Shown here: piece after piece, positions 35,303 to 45,602 of the stretch
Layout of the letters: each line of letters opens with the position of its first letter
Position numbering within the stretch: the stretch's first letter is position 1
Assembly (NCBI RefSeq): GCF_001194135.2
Contig: NC_068993.1
Location: forward strand, 22,421,640 to 22,467,241
Length of the DNA stretch: 45,602 nt
Direction: 5' to 3'
Origin: Octopus bimaculoides
Taxonomy: Eukaryota
The notes under the pieces: model-generated
Told to the model about the DNA's origin: nothing
The model's input: the letters and a program-made list of their open reading frames with translations, nothing else
Database searches by the model: none
Made by a program: the position numbers and the translations under genes

Positions 35303-35960
35303 TGTGTGTGTGTGTGTGTGCGTGTGTGTGTGTGTGTGTGCGTGTGTGTGTGTGTGTGTGTGTTTGAGTGTGTGTGTGTGTGTATGTGTGCGTGTGTTTG
35401 CGTACGACAGGTTTATTATGTATTTTATATATATATATATATANNNNNNNNNNNNNNNNNNNNNNNNNNNNNNNNNNNNNNNNNNNNNNNNNNNNNNNNN
35501 NNNNNNNNNNNNNNNNNNNNNNNNNNNNNNNNNNNNNNNNNNNNNNNNNNNNNNNNNNNNNNNNNNNNNNNNNNNNNNNNNNNNNNNNNNNNNNNNNNNN
35601 NNNNNNNNNNNNNNNNNNNNNNNNNNNNNNNNNNNNNNNNNNNNNNNNNNNNNNNNNNNNNNNNNNNNNNNNNNNNNNNNNNNNNNNNNNNNNNNNNNNN
35701 NNNNNNNNNNNNNNNNNNNNNNNNNNNNNNNNNNNNNNNNNNNNNNNNNNNNNNNNNNNNNNNNNNNNNNNNNNNNNNNNNNNNNNNNNNNNNNNNNNNN
35801 NNNNNNNNNNNNNNNNNNNNNNNNNNNNNNNNNNNNNNNNNNNNNNNNNNNNNNNNNNNNNNNNNNNNNNNNNNNNNNNNNNNNNNNNNNNNNNNNNNNN
35901 NNNNNNNNNNNNNNNNNNNNNNNNNNNNNNNNNNNNNNNNNNNNNNNNNNNNNNNNNNNA

Positions 35961-38135
35961 ATCCTACTGAGAGACCAGCAATCCGAAGCAATGAAGGATA
36001 TGAAAATGGGAAATGCCTCTAGCCCGTCTGGAATAACCGCTGCGATGCTTAAAATATCTGGTGGTGTGGATTATGGTCTAGTTACCTGTATAGTTAATCA
36101 GGTTGTACACGAAGGAGTCATATCCAATGACTAGTATAACAACATCATGGTCAACTGCTACAAAGGTAAAGGTGATGCCTTAGATAGAAATAATTACAGA
36201 GGTATCAAATTGTTGGATCAGGTTTGAAAGTTACTAAGAGGGTCATAGCCCAACTAATTAAGGAGAGACTTAATTTAGATGAGATGCAGTTTGGTTTTGT
36301 GCCAGGGAGAAGCACCACTGATGCTATATTTCTGGTAAGGCAGTTGCAGGAGAAGTACCAAGCCAAAGACAAACATTTGTACTTAGCTTTTGCTAACGCC
36401 GAGAAAGCTTTTGACAGGGTCCACCACTGCCGTATCTGGTGGCCAATGCGGAAACTAGGGATGGAGGAGTGGTTGGTGAGAGCTGTACAAGCCATGTAAG
36501 GTGAGGGGATAGCGATGAATTCAAGGTACAAGTAGGGTTTCACCAAGGATCAGTCCTCAGCGTCCTTATGTTCATCATAGTCCTCCAGGTAATAACAGAG
36601 GAATTGAAGACGGGCCGCCCCTTGGAGCTTCTTTACGCTGATGACATTGTTCTTATTGCTGAATCACTACCAGAACTAGAAAAGAAGTCTCAGGAACGGA
36701 AGCAAGGTCTAGAACCGAAGAGCCTTAGAGTTAACCTCGCAAAAACCAAAGTCTTAGTAAGAAAGCAGACAAATCACAAATCCCCTGAGGTAGATGGCCC
36801 TGCCCGACCTGTAGAAAAGGCGTAGGCAGAATTTTCCATACGATGTACCCGATGCAAGCTATGGACACATAATAGGTGCAACAATATCAGAGGAAGATTA
36901 ACTGGGGTAATAGGCTTTCTGTGTGAAATGTACTCAGGTAGAATAAACGCTAAAATATACAGAAAAAAAACTCCATCAAATGCCAATGGGGGTAAGCTGG
37001 AGGTAGTTGATAGCTTCCGTTATCTAGGTTACAAGTCAGTAGCGAAGGTGAATGCTCCGAGAGCGTAGCTGCAAGTATAAGAATAGGCTGGGCAAAGTTC
37101 AGAGAGCTCCTACCTTTATTGGTAACAAACAGCCTCACTTTCAGAGTATATGATGCCTGTGTGCGAACAGCTGTGCTACATAACAGTGAAACATGGGATG
37201 TGACCACCGAGGACATGCGTAGGCATGAAAGAAATGAAGTTAGTATGCTTCGTTGACTGTGCAATGTCAGTGTGCATGTACGACAGAATGTAAGCATCCT
37301 GAGAGAAAAGTTGGGCATAAGAGGAATCAGATGTGCTGTGCAAGAGAGACGATTGTGCTGGTATGGTTATGAGATATGGATGGACAGCTGTGTAAAGAAG
37401 TTCCGATCTCTAATTGTGGAGGGAACCTGTGGAAGAGGTAAACCCAGGAAGACATGGAACGAGGTGGTGAAGCATGATCTTGGAACGTTGGGCCTCACGG
37501 AGGCAATGACTAGTGACCGACACCTTTGGGGATATGCTGTGTTTGAGAAAACCAATCAAGCTAAGTGAAATTGTAGTCGAGGCCGATGACAGTGTCACGT
37601 AATTGGCAGCCGATACAGATGCCGCTGGCACGGGAAAAGCACTTGTTGAGCATTGGGCCTCACGGAGGCCCAAATGTGGCCGATACAGGTGTTGCATAAC
37701 TGGCGCCTGTGCTCTTGGCACGTAAAAAGCACTCTCCGAGCATTGGGCTTCAGGGAGGGATCTGGCACCCATGCTGGTAGAACGTAAAAAGCACCCTTTT
37801 GAGTATTGGGCCTCATGTAGGCAATGATAAATAATCGAGTCCTTTGGTAATATGCCGTGCTTGAGAAGAAAACGCATGAAGCCAAATGAAATTGTAGTCG
37901 TGGCGGATACAGGTGTCACTTAAAAGCACACATTATACTCTCGGAATAGTTGGCATTAAGAAGGGCATCCTGCCGTAGAAACCATGTCAATCAGACTTGA
38001 GTCTGGTGGAGCCTCTCAGCTTACCAGCTCTGGTGAAAACCGTCCAATCTATGCCAAAATGGACAACGGACGTTAAAANNNNNNNNNNTGCCAAAATGGA
38101 CAACGGACGTTAAAAGATGCTGATGATTATGATAC
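35961..38135 (+). mobile_element. RTE-clade LINE (RT, C-terminus, 3'UTR, (GAT)n-like tail), 5' end lost in gap
   Basis: YKGKGDALDRNNYRGIKLLDQV, QFGFVPGRSTTDAIF, EKAFDRV, GFHQGSVLS, LLYADDIVL, LRVNLAKTK, GRGKPRKTW; tail ..ACGGACGTTAAA..GATGCTGATGATTATGAT; several stops and frameshifts. Confidence 0.93.
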
Positions 38136-38139
38136 ACCC

Positions 38140-39277
38140 CCCCCCCCACACACATATTCATATACATACACAGAGCAAGAGAGTGAAAGAGAGGGAGAAA
38201 GTGAAAGAGAGAGAGAGACACCCCCACCACACACGTATATATATACGTACGTATATGGTGATACATATGTACATATAATTACATACGCACGCACAAACGT
38301 AAACATACATATACGTATCTGTTTATGAATGCATGAATATGTGTGTGCGCATGTATGTGTGGTTGCGTGTACAAGTTAGTATGTCTATGTAAATATGTAC
38401 ATTCGTATGTATGTGTCTGTGACTGTGCGTTTGTGCGTTTATGTGTTGTACATTGCCGTATAGCATGGCCGGAATAGCAGTGGCGGTGGGCTAGGAAGGG
38501 ACGGTGAAGGACGGAAAAACTGTTTTATTTGAGAAAAGATTTAAGTTGATCTGAGAGAACGAAGTGATTTTATTGCGCCATAAAGTGGAGTCGGTCTGGT
38601 GGGGTGAGAGGAGTGGAAGTTGTGTGATGATGGCGGTGTGGTGATAGCGTGGCGACATCACAGAAAGCGGGTGGCCGGGTGGCTGGAAGGATAGAAACTG
38701 TATGTGTGTGTGGGTGTGCGTGTGTGTGTGTAGGTGTGTGATTGTAGACACACACGTATAAATACACGCATACACACATATATAAATACTCATCCATACA
38801 CGTTCACACATATAATGTACTTGTATATGTGTGTGTATAAGTTCGTATATACATATACATTTACATACATACATACATACATATATATATATGTATGTAT
38901 ATGTATATACAAACTCATACACACACGTGCGCGCACACCCACTGTATCTATCTATCTATCTATAAACACGTTCACACACAAACGGATGCGCACACACATA
39001 TATTGTGTGTGTGTATATATATATATATATGAGTGAGTGTGTATGAGTTCGGATATACATATGTATACACACCCACACACTTATATGTATGTATGTATGT
39101 ACATGTATATGTATATACAAACTCATACACACACGTGCGCGCACATATTCTATGTGTGTATGTATGTATGTATGTATGTATGTATGTATGTATGTATGTA
39201 TCTATCTATCTATCTACCTACATACATACACGTCCATACACACAGTAGCACACACATATTGTGTGTGTGTGTGTATA
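38140..39277. repeat. Long degenerate TA/CA/TG low-complexity region with local duplications
   Basis: GTATATACAAACTCATACACACACGTGCGCGCACA occurs near 38903 and 39112. Confidence 0.85.
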
Positions 39278-39592
39278 TACTCTTTTACTCTTTACTCTTT
39301 TGCTTGTTTCAGTCATTTGACTGCGGCCATGCTGGATCACTGCCTTTAGTCGAGAAAATCGACCCCAGGACTAATTCTTTGGAAGCCTAGTAATTATCTT
39401 ATCCGTCTCTTTTGCCGAACTGCTAAGTTACAGGGACGTAAACACACCAGCATCGGTTGTCAAGCGATGCTGGGGGACAAACACAGACACACAANNNNNN
39501 NNNNNNNNNNNNNNNNNNNNNNNNNNNNNNNNNNNNNNNNNNNNNNNNNNNNNNNNNNNNNNNNNNNNNNNNNNNNNNNNNNNNNNNNNNNN

Positions 39593-39667
<75 letters not shown>

Positions 39668-39814
39668 CGACGGGCTTCTTTCAGTTTCCATCTACCAAAT
39701 CCACTCACAAGGCTTTGGTCGACCCGAGGCTATAGTAGAAGACACTTGCCCAAAACGCCAATCAGTGGGACTGAATCCGGAACCATGTGGTTGGTAAGCA
39801 AGCTACTTACCACC
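39278..39814 (-). mobile_element. SINE family A, full length with internal microsatellite and gap
   Basis: Reverse complement of the 5768 family from GGTGGTAAGTAGCTTGC..GGATTCAGTCCC to the (AAAGAGT)n tail. Confidence 0.92.
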
Positions 39815-40191
39815 CCTCTGTGTATGTGTATGTGTAAATATATATATATATATATAGCCTTGTATATATTAGTATTTTCACAAGCGAATGCACACAGGTG
39901 TGCGTGCAGATACACGCATACATGTATACAAACACATGTACTCATTTTGCTTTTGTTTCTCTAGCAGAAGAAACAAAAAGTGCAGCAGAGGTATCGAAAT
40001 CGGAACTAACGTGTGGCTTTGAAAACCTTCTTTGCAGTATACACCTATCATCTTTTATCTTTCATTTGCTTCAGACACTGAACTGCTGAAGTCGTTAGTC
40101 GAACACAACGACGGCAGTTTTTCCCTTTAGCCGAACCGTTAAGTTACGAAGATGTAAACAAACAAATCTCTTCATAATATTCCTTTCTACG

Positions 40192-40523
40192 AAGGTAGCG
40201 AGCTAGCCGTAACTTTAGCACGTCGGGCGGAATGCTTAGCGGTATTTCATCTGTCTTTACTTTCTCAGTTCAAATTCCGCCGAGGTCGTCTTTGCTTTTC
40301 ATCATTTCGGGGTCGATAAATTAATTACCAGTTGCGTACTGGAGTCTTTCTAATCGACTGGGCCACACTCTCGGGCCTTGTGCCTAGAGTAGAAAAGAAT
40401 ATTTCTTTCTACGATAGGTACAAGGCCTGAAATCTGATCATAATATTCTCTCCTACTCTGAGCACCAGGCCCGAAATTTTAGAGGAGAGGGCCAGTCAAT
40501 TAGATCGAGGTCAGTACGCAACT
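40192..40523 (+). mobile_element. SINE family B (+, 40192-40402) followed by inverted family B 3' ends (40403-40523)
   Basis: AATGCTTAGCGGTATTTC..CAGTTCAAATTCCGCCGAGGTCG..TTTCATCATTTCGGGGTCGATAAATT; then TTCTCTCCTACTCTGAGCACCAGGCCCGAAATTTT on the opposite strand. Confidence 0.85.
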
Positions 40524-40929
40524 NNNNNNNNNNNNNNNNNNNNNNNNNNNNNNNNNNNNNNNNNNNNNNNNNNNNNNNNNNNNNNNNNNNNNNNNNNNNN
40601 NNNNNNNNNNNNNNNNNNNNNNNNNNNNNNNNNNNNNNNNNNNNNNNNNNNNNNNNNNNNNNNNNNNNNNNNNNNNNNNNNNNNNNNNNNNNNNNNNNNN
40701 NNNNNNNNNNNNNNNNNNNNNNNNNNNNNNNNNNNNNNNNNNNNNNNNNNNNNNNNNNNNNNNNNNNNNNNNNNNNNNNNNNNNNNNNNNNNNNNNNNNN
40801 NNNNNNNNNNNNNNNNNNNNNNNNNNNNNNNNNNNNNNNNNNNNNNNNNNNNNNNNNNNNNNNNNNNNNNNNNNNNNNNNNNNNNNNNNNNNNNNNNNNN
40901 NNNNNNNNNNNNNNNNNNNNNNNNNNNNN

Positions 40930-41685
40930 GCTGCAACTGTAGAAATGTCAAAGTTTAGTGAAAATTTTAAAATTTGGAGGATCGATGTAATTTTTCGTAT
41001 TGAATTTCAGGCGCTAATTAACTTATTTCAGGAAAATTTTTTAAAAAAAGTTACAGAGGTTTAAAATTTGGTAATTTTTACCCACTCAGAAAATAGGATT
41101 TGTGAGCTGTCATTTTGTGCATGATTGCAGTTGTTATTACTTGTAAACAAATAAAATATTGACGTAATTCTGATTTACACGCGCCACATAGCCTCTCATA
41201 AATTTGCATATTTTTTTGAATTTTCAGAAAAATTCATTGAATTTGTATTTTACACACTGGAATTCATATGATTATGCAAAAACCAAAAGACAAAAAAAGA
41301 ATGGTGCGTGATTTAAGGCCTATTCAGCGAATACTTTTAGTACACGTCAAGACCAATCTCATACCTCATTTGTTTTAAGCATTTAATAAGCGAAAAATCA
41401 CCACGTGGAGAAGCAGCTTAGTAATAGCTTGGCTTGTTTCTATGGAAACAGGCACCTGTATGTATGTGGCTTCCGATTGGTTAAAATTACCCAAAATTTG
41501 CAAACTGTAAAAGCTATTAACTCTTTTAAAATTTGCAAACTTTAAAAGCTATTAACTCTTTATTCACTGATTTATGGCGAATATGAACTTCAAGTCAATG
41601 ATTACCATACAAAACTACATCATTACACGAAATATGAAATCAATTGGAGCAAAAATTACAGAGTAGCAGCCAACAGAAAAGATAC
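40930..41685. mobile_element. MITE-like derivative of the Merlin element (left end in gap)
   Basis: Colinear with 41865-42300 plus 42860-43192; ends GTAGCAGCCAACAGAAAAGATAC. Confidence 0.75.
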
Positions 41686-41689
41686 TTCG

Positions 41690-42209
41690 CTTCAAATTTT
41701 GACACAAGTCCAGCAATTTGTGGGGAGAGAGAAAGTCGATAACACGGACTCTAGTTATTAACTGGTACTCGTCTCATCGACTCCGAAAGGATGAAAAGCA
41801 AAGTCGACCTCGGCGGAATTAGAACCCAGAACATAAAGACAGTCGAAATGTCGTTGAGCATCTTGGATTTTTTCTGTTTGGTTGCTAAGATTTCAGAAAT
41901 CAAAATTTATTGAAAATTTTAAAATTTAGTACATTACTGTAGTTTTCCAAGCTGAATTACTGGAGTTATTTCACTTTTTTCCAGAAAAAAAAAAGTTATA
42001 CAGGTTTAAAGTTTGATAATTTTCACCCAGTCACAAGACAGGATAGGGAAGCTGTCATTTTGTGCGTGACTGTACATTTTGGCAATATCCTGAAAATAGC
42101 ACTTACGTATTTATATGAAACCGTAAATAAATGAATTACGCTCGACATATAATCCCTTATAATTTTTTTACTTTTTAGGAATTTTCAGAATTTGTATTCN
42201 NNNNNNNNN

Positions 42210-42241
<32 letters not shown>

Positions 42242-43238
42242 TGGGGTGTGTGCGTGATTTAAGGCCTATTTAGCTGTTATTTTTAGCACACCTCATAACC
42301 ACCTCAGTGACAAAGAAACGAGTACACAACACATATTTTGTAGTCTTAAGCATTCAATATGCATTTAATGCGATAAACAACACATTACAAATTAAACTTT
42401 TCTCAGAATTTGAAACTTATATTACAATCATAAAAGATTTATCCAAAAACAAAATAGCACATTACCAATTAAATATTTAAAAAAAAGACAAACATCTCAA
42501 CCATTTTCACAGGGCCACCAACCTAAACTGGATAACGGAGCATGTCCTACGCACATACTTCCCTAATATAGCTGTTATAATCAGCAGCTGTGCAATGACT
42601 CATCTCCTGTTCAACACAAAAACCGTTCCTTAACCCATGAGAAAAGGAAAAGCACTACAGTCCTAAGAAGAAGGGTACCACCTTCAAACCATGTGTCTTG
42701 CCTCACTGATACAGACTCCATGCATCCTTGGCGCGTGCATCACCAATACATACTCCCACCATGTCTTCTTGTACTCATAAAATGCATCTTGGTTTTGCAT
42801 AATTTTCTTTTAGGCATAATACCCTTTTCTTGCAAGTACGAAACCGCATCCTCCTCTGGTGCATGATTCAAGGCCTATTTGGCTGCTATTTTTAACACGT
42901 GTGACAGCTACCTCAATGACTGGAACATATTAGTCAACACGTACTTTCTCGCAGACAAATGAATTCTCATGTTTGGCTTGTTACTATGGAAACAGGCATG
43001 AATATGTCTGTGGCTTACAGTTGCCTAGAATTACCCAAACTTTTGAGACCTTAGCTAATAACTCTTTATTTATTGATTTATGGCGAAAATGATATTCAAT
43101 GCATTAATTAGCCTATAAAAAATGTATCATTACACTGAATATGAAATCAGTTCGAACAGAAATTGACCGTTGCTGCCAAACAGAAAAGATCCGGCATCTC
43201 GCCCCGCGTGCTAACGATTCTGCCAGCTCACCGCCTTT
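41690..43238 (-). mobile_element. SINE family B split by the Merlin insertion (41690-41864 and 43193-43238)
   Basis: Left part ends ..GAGCATCTT; right part resumes GGCATCTCGCCCCGCGTGCTAACGATTCTGCCAGCTCACCGCC. Confidence 0.85.
41865..43192 (-). mobile_element. Internally deleted Merlin (IS1595/ISXO2-like) DNA transposon
   Basis: TIRs GGATTTTTTCTGTTTGGTTGC / GCTGCCAAACAGAAAAGATCC; 8-bp TSD AGCATCTT/GGCATCTC; 42494-42859(-) encodes C..SVSVRQDTWFEG..LFSW..DYNSYIREVC..VGGPVKMVEM. Confidence 0.8.
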
Positions 43239-43269
43239 CAAATCTGTTCATAATATGAATAAATACTTT

Positions 43270-43372
43270 AAGGCGGTGAGCTAGCCGAATCATTAGCAAG
43301 TCGGGCAATATGCCTTGCGGCAGTTCATCTATCTTTACATTCTGAGTTCAAATTCAGTCGAGGTCGACTGCA
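43270..43372 (+). mobile_element. SINE family B 5' part
   Basis: AAGGCGGTGAGCTAGCCGAATCATTAGC..CTGAGTTCAAATTCAGTCGAGGTCGAC. Confidence 0.85.
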
Positions 43373-43613
43373 TTTTAGCGTGAAAAGTCGAGACCTTTCT
43401 ATGTACAAAGAATTAATAGTGTTCAAATATTGTCAGTGGATGTAATTCAGGTTTAGCATTTGAATACGTGACTGATTGTTAATATCCACCAGGACATGTA
43501 AATCAGAACATGGCATTGATGTAAAAATGACAAAACGCATATACAAACACAGAAATAGAAATGACTAGATATACGTAGAAGTTGGTGTACTTTTGTGAGT
43601 ATGTATGTGCATG

Positions 43614-45538
43614 TATCAGGTTGAAAAAAAATTAAACAACGTTTTGAACCATGAAAAATTTGTACCGGGATTTTGCAGAGTTTTGAATTTTTTTAAACAT
43701 CTTTTTGCAATTGTCTGATAATACAGATGCATCAATAAATTAACATTGATATTTTTTTCACCATTGTTACAATCATCTGAAATGGAACTGTCAAAGCGCG
43801 ATATTCGAGCAATTTTGCTAGTCAACTTCAAAAAAGGATATAAAGCAGCTGAAACTGCTCGCGATATAACGAAACGAGTGGTCAGTTCGAAAATGGTTTA
43901 AATGATTTCGCAGTGGAGAACTGAGCCTTGAATATCATCAGCGTAGTGGACGCCCATTTGTCATCGATGACGGTCAATTAAAAACCGTCACTGAGAAAGA
44001 TTCACGTGAAACCACTCGAGAATTGGCAAAAAAACTTCAAGTTAGCCAGAAAACTGCCTCCAACCATTTGCATGCGATCGAAAATTCAAAAAAAGCTCGA
44101 CAAATGGGTATCCCACGATTTGAATGAAAATCAGAGAATGTGCAGATATGAAATTTGCTCATCACTTCTTCTCTATAACCAGACCAATCAATTTCTCGAC
44201 CGCATTGTAACTTGCGATGAAAAGTGGATTCTGTACAATAATAAAAAACGCTCTTCGCAGTGGTTGAGCCAAAATGAAGTACCGAAAACCTTCCCTAACC
44301 TTAGCTTTTCATGATGGTATACTGCTGGACCCATCCACAATAACTTCTTAAAACCTGGATACACCATCACTGCAGAAACATATAACGGTAATGTTTTTGT
44401 TGAAGTCAAGGATCAGCAATTTTAACGGTTGCTGTTAAGGTGTTGGTTGCCGGTATGCAAGCTGGAAGAACAGGGATCAAACTTATAAGGAAATATTTTT
44501 TTACAGTTACTTTGTATGTCTTGTCTTGCTAAGCTGCCCAACTAGGAATTAGAGGAAGATAGAGTGAATGTTAAATGTAGGGAGTCGATAAAATGATACC
44601 TTCATGTTGCCTGGAATTTAAACAGCATTAGTGTTGTGATAAGACACTGTATCATAGTTGACATTCTCACTGGTAAGCCATCACTCAGTTGAATTATCTC
44701 ACTAACTGGATTTTGCTTGTAGTCGCCTCTCCGTCATTTCCTTTTTGCCAACTCGGTTCTCACTAACTGCCCTTGGCTTACGGAGTTCTTGTTTTTATAA
44801 CTATCCAAAAATCAGCCAGAAGGATAGACATATTGTTGAGAACAATAGATTTCGTTGGTGGTCTGTTATCTCTATTCTAGCTTTTGGTGGCCTAAAAGAG
44901 GTTAGAAGGGTCAAGTGCCAAAGACATTATTCTGCTTAGCAAAGGCATCTGGCAAATGTAACTGTTGTTACGCACAGAAAAACTATTGTTTTACCGCGAG
45001 AAAGGTGCTGTTGAACTGTTAAGTGAAATTTGGCGATCGAGGATCGAATCCACGCTATGCCTGCATGAAGCCACTACAAACATATTGCCATAAAATTGCC
45101 AAAATGAACGAAAACCTGCTACTCTCCCATCCCTGACTGGTTAACAGGAGAGGGCAAATCATTCTTCATGACAATACTCGACCACATGTTTCACTAATGG
45201 CGCTTCAGAAGTTGAGAGAACTTGATTACAAAGTTCTTCCCTACCCAGCTTATTCCCCAGACTTTTCTTCGACAACCACTTTTTCAAGTGTCTTGATGGT
45301 TTCCTACGAGAGAAGGGATTAAAAAATCAAATCGAAGCTGTAAGTGCGTTCAAAGAGTTCATCAGCTCCAGAACTCCAGATTTTTATGTTACCGGAATAA
45401 ACAAACTTGTAACTCGTTGGCAAAAATGTGTTGATTGTAATGGTACTTACTTTGATGAATAAAATTTCCGCATTGTTGAAATATATTGTGATGAATTTCA
45501 TGTTTCAAAATGTTGCTTACTTTTTACTCAGCATGATA
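43614..45538 (+). mobile_element. Full-length decayed mariner with both TIRs, interrupted by a 688-bp insert
   Basis: MELSKRDIRAILL..KAAETARDI, DRIVTCDEKWILYNN, ILHDNTRPHV, PAYSPDF, RWQKCVDCNGTYFDE*; TIRs at about 43616-43660 and 45494-45536; TA flanks. Confidence 0.92.
44384..45071. other. Unidentified insertion in the mariner
   Basis: Flanked by CACTGCAGAAACATAT (44368-44383) and CACTACAAACATAT (45072-45085); the transposase frame resumes after it. Confidence 0.7.
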
Positions 45539-45602
45539 TGTATGTATGTATGTATGTATGCATGCATGTATGTATGTATGTATGTACGTATGTATGTGTG
45601 TG

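Noticed and set aside
38052-38115. Duplicated TGCCAAAATGGACAACGGACGTTAAA around a 10-N gap
   Set aside because: Same assembly artefact.
44430-44600. Minus-frame FIDSL...KKIFPYKF as a Polinton polymerase B motif
   Set aside because: Too short, interrupted by stops, and unsupported by other motifs.

Overview
AT-rich animal intergenic or intronic DNA made almost entirely of microsatellites and decayed transposons, with about 6 kb of N gaps. The SINE families and repeat load resemble an Octopus (coleoid cephalopod) draft genome; this is an inference from memory, not a search. I found no host protein-coding gene I can support, and most ORF-track entries are microsatellite or N-gap artefacts. Recognisable elements: Penelope-like (PLE) fragments with a GIY-YIG endonuclease and hammerhead ribozyme (HHR) motifs, three R4/Dong-clade LINE pieces, a CRE relic, an RTE LINE, an APE-type LINE, a Helitron with stacked 3' ends, Tc1 (DD36E) and mariner elements, a Merlin element with an 8-bp target-site duplication (TSD), and many tRNA-derived SINEs. 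The most notable candidate is a short non-coding element present three times at 890-3162. It joins a tRNA-like Pol III head, an (AAT)n linker and a minimal PLE-type hammerhead, and occurs once as a head-to-head dimer around a perfect 46-bp palindrome. A pre-miRNA-like hairpin lies at 16699-16760. All structures were folded and aligned by eye.
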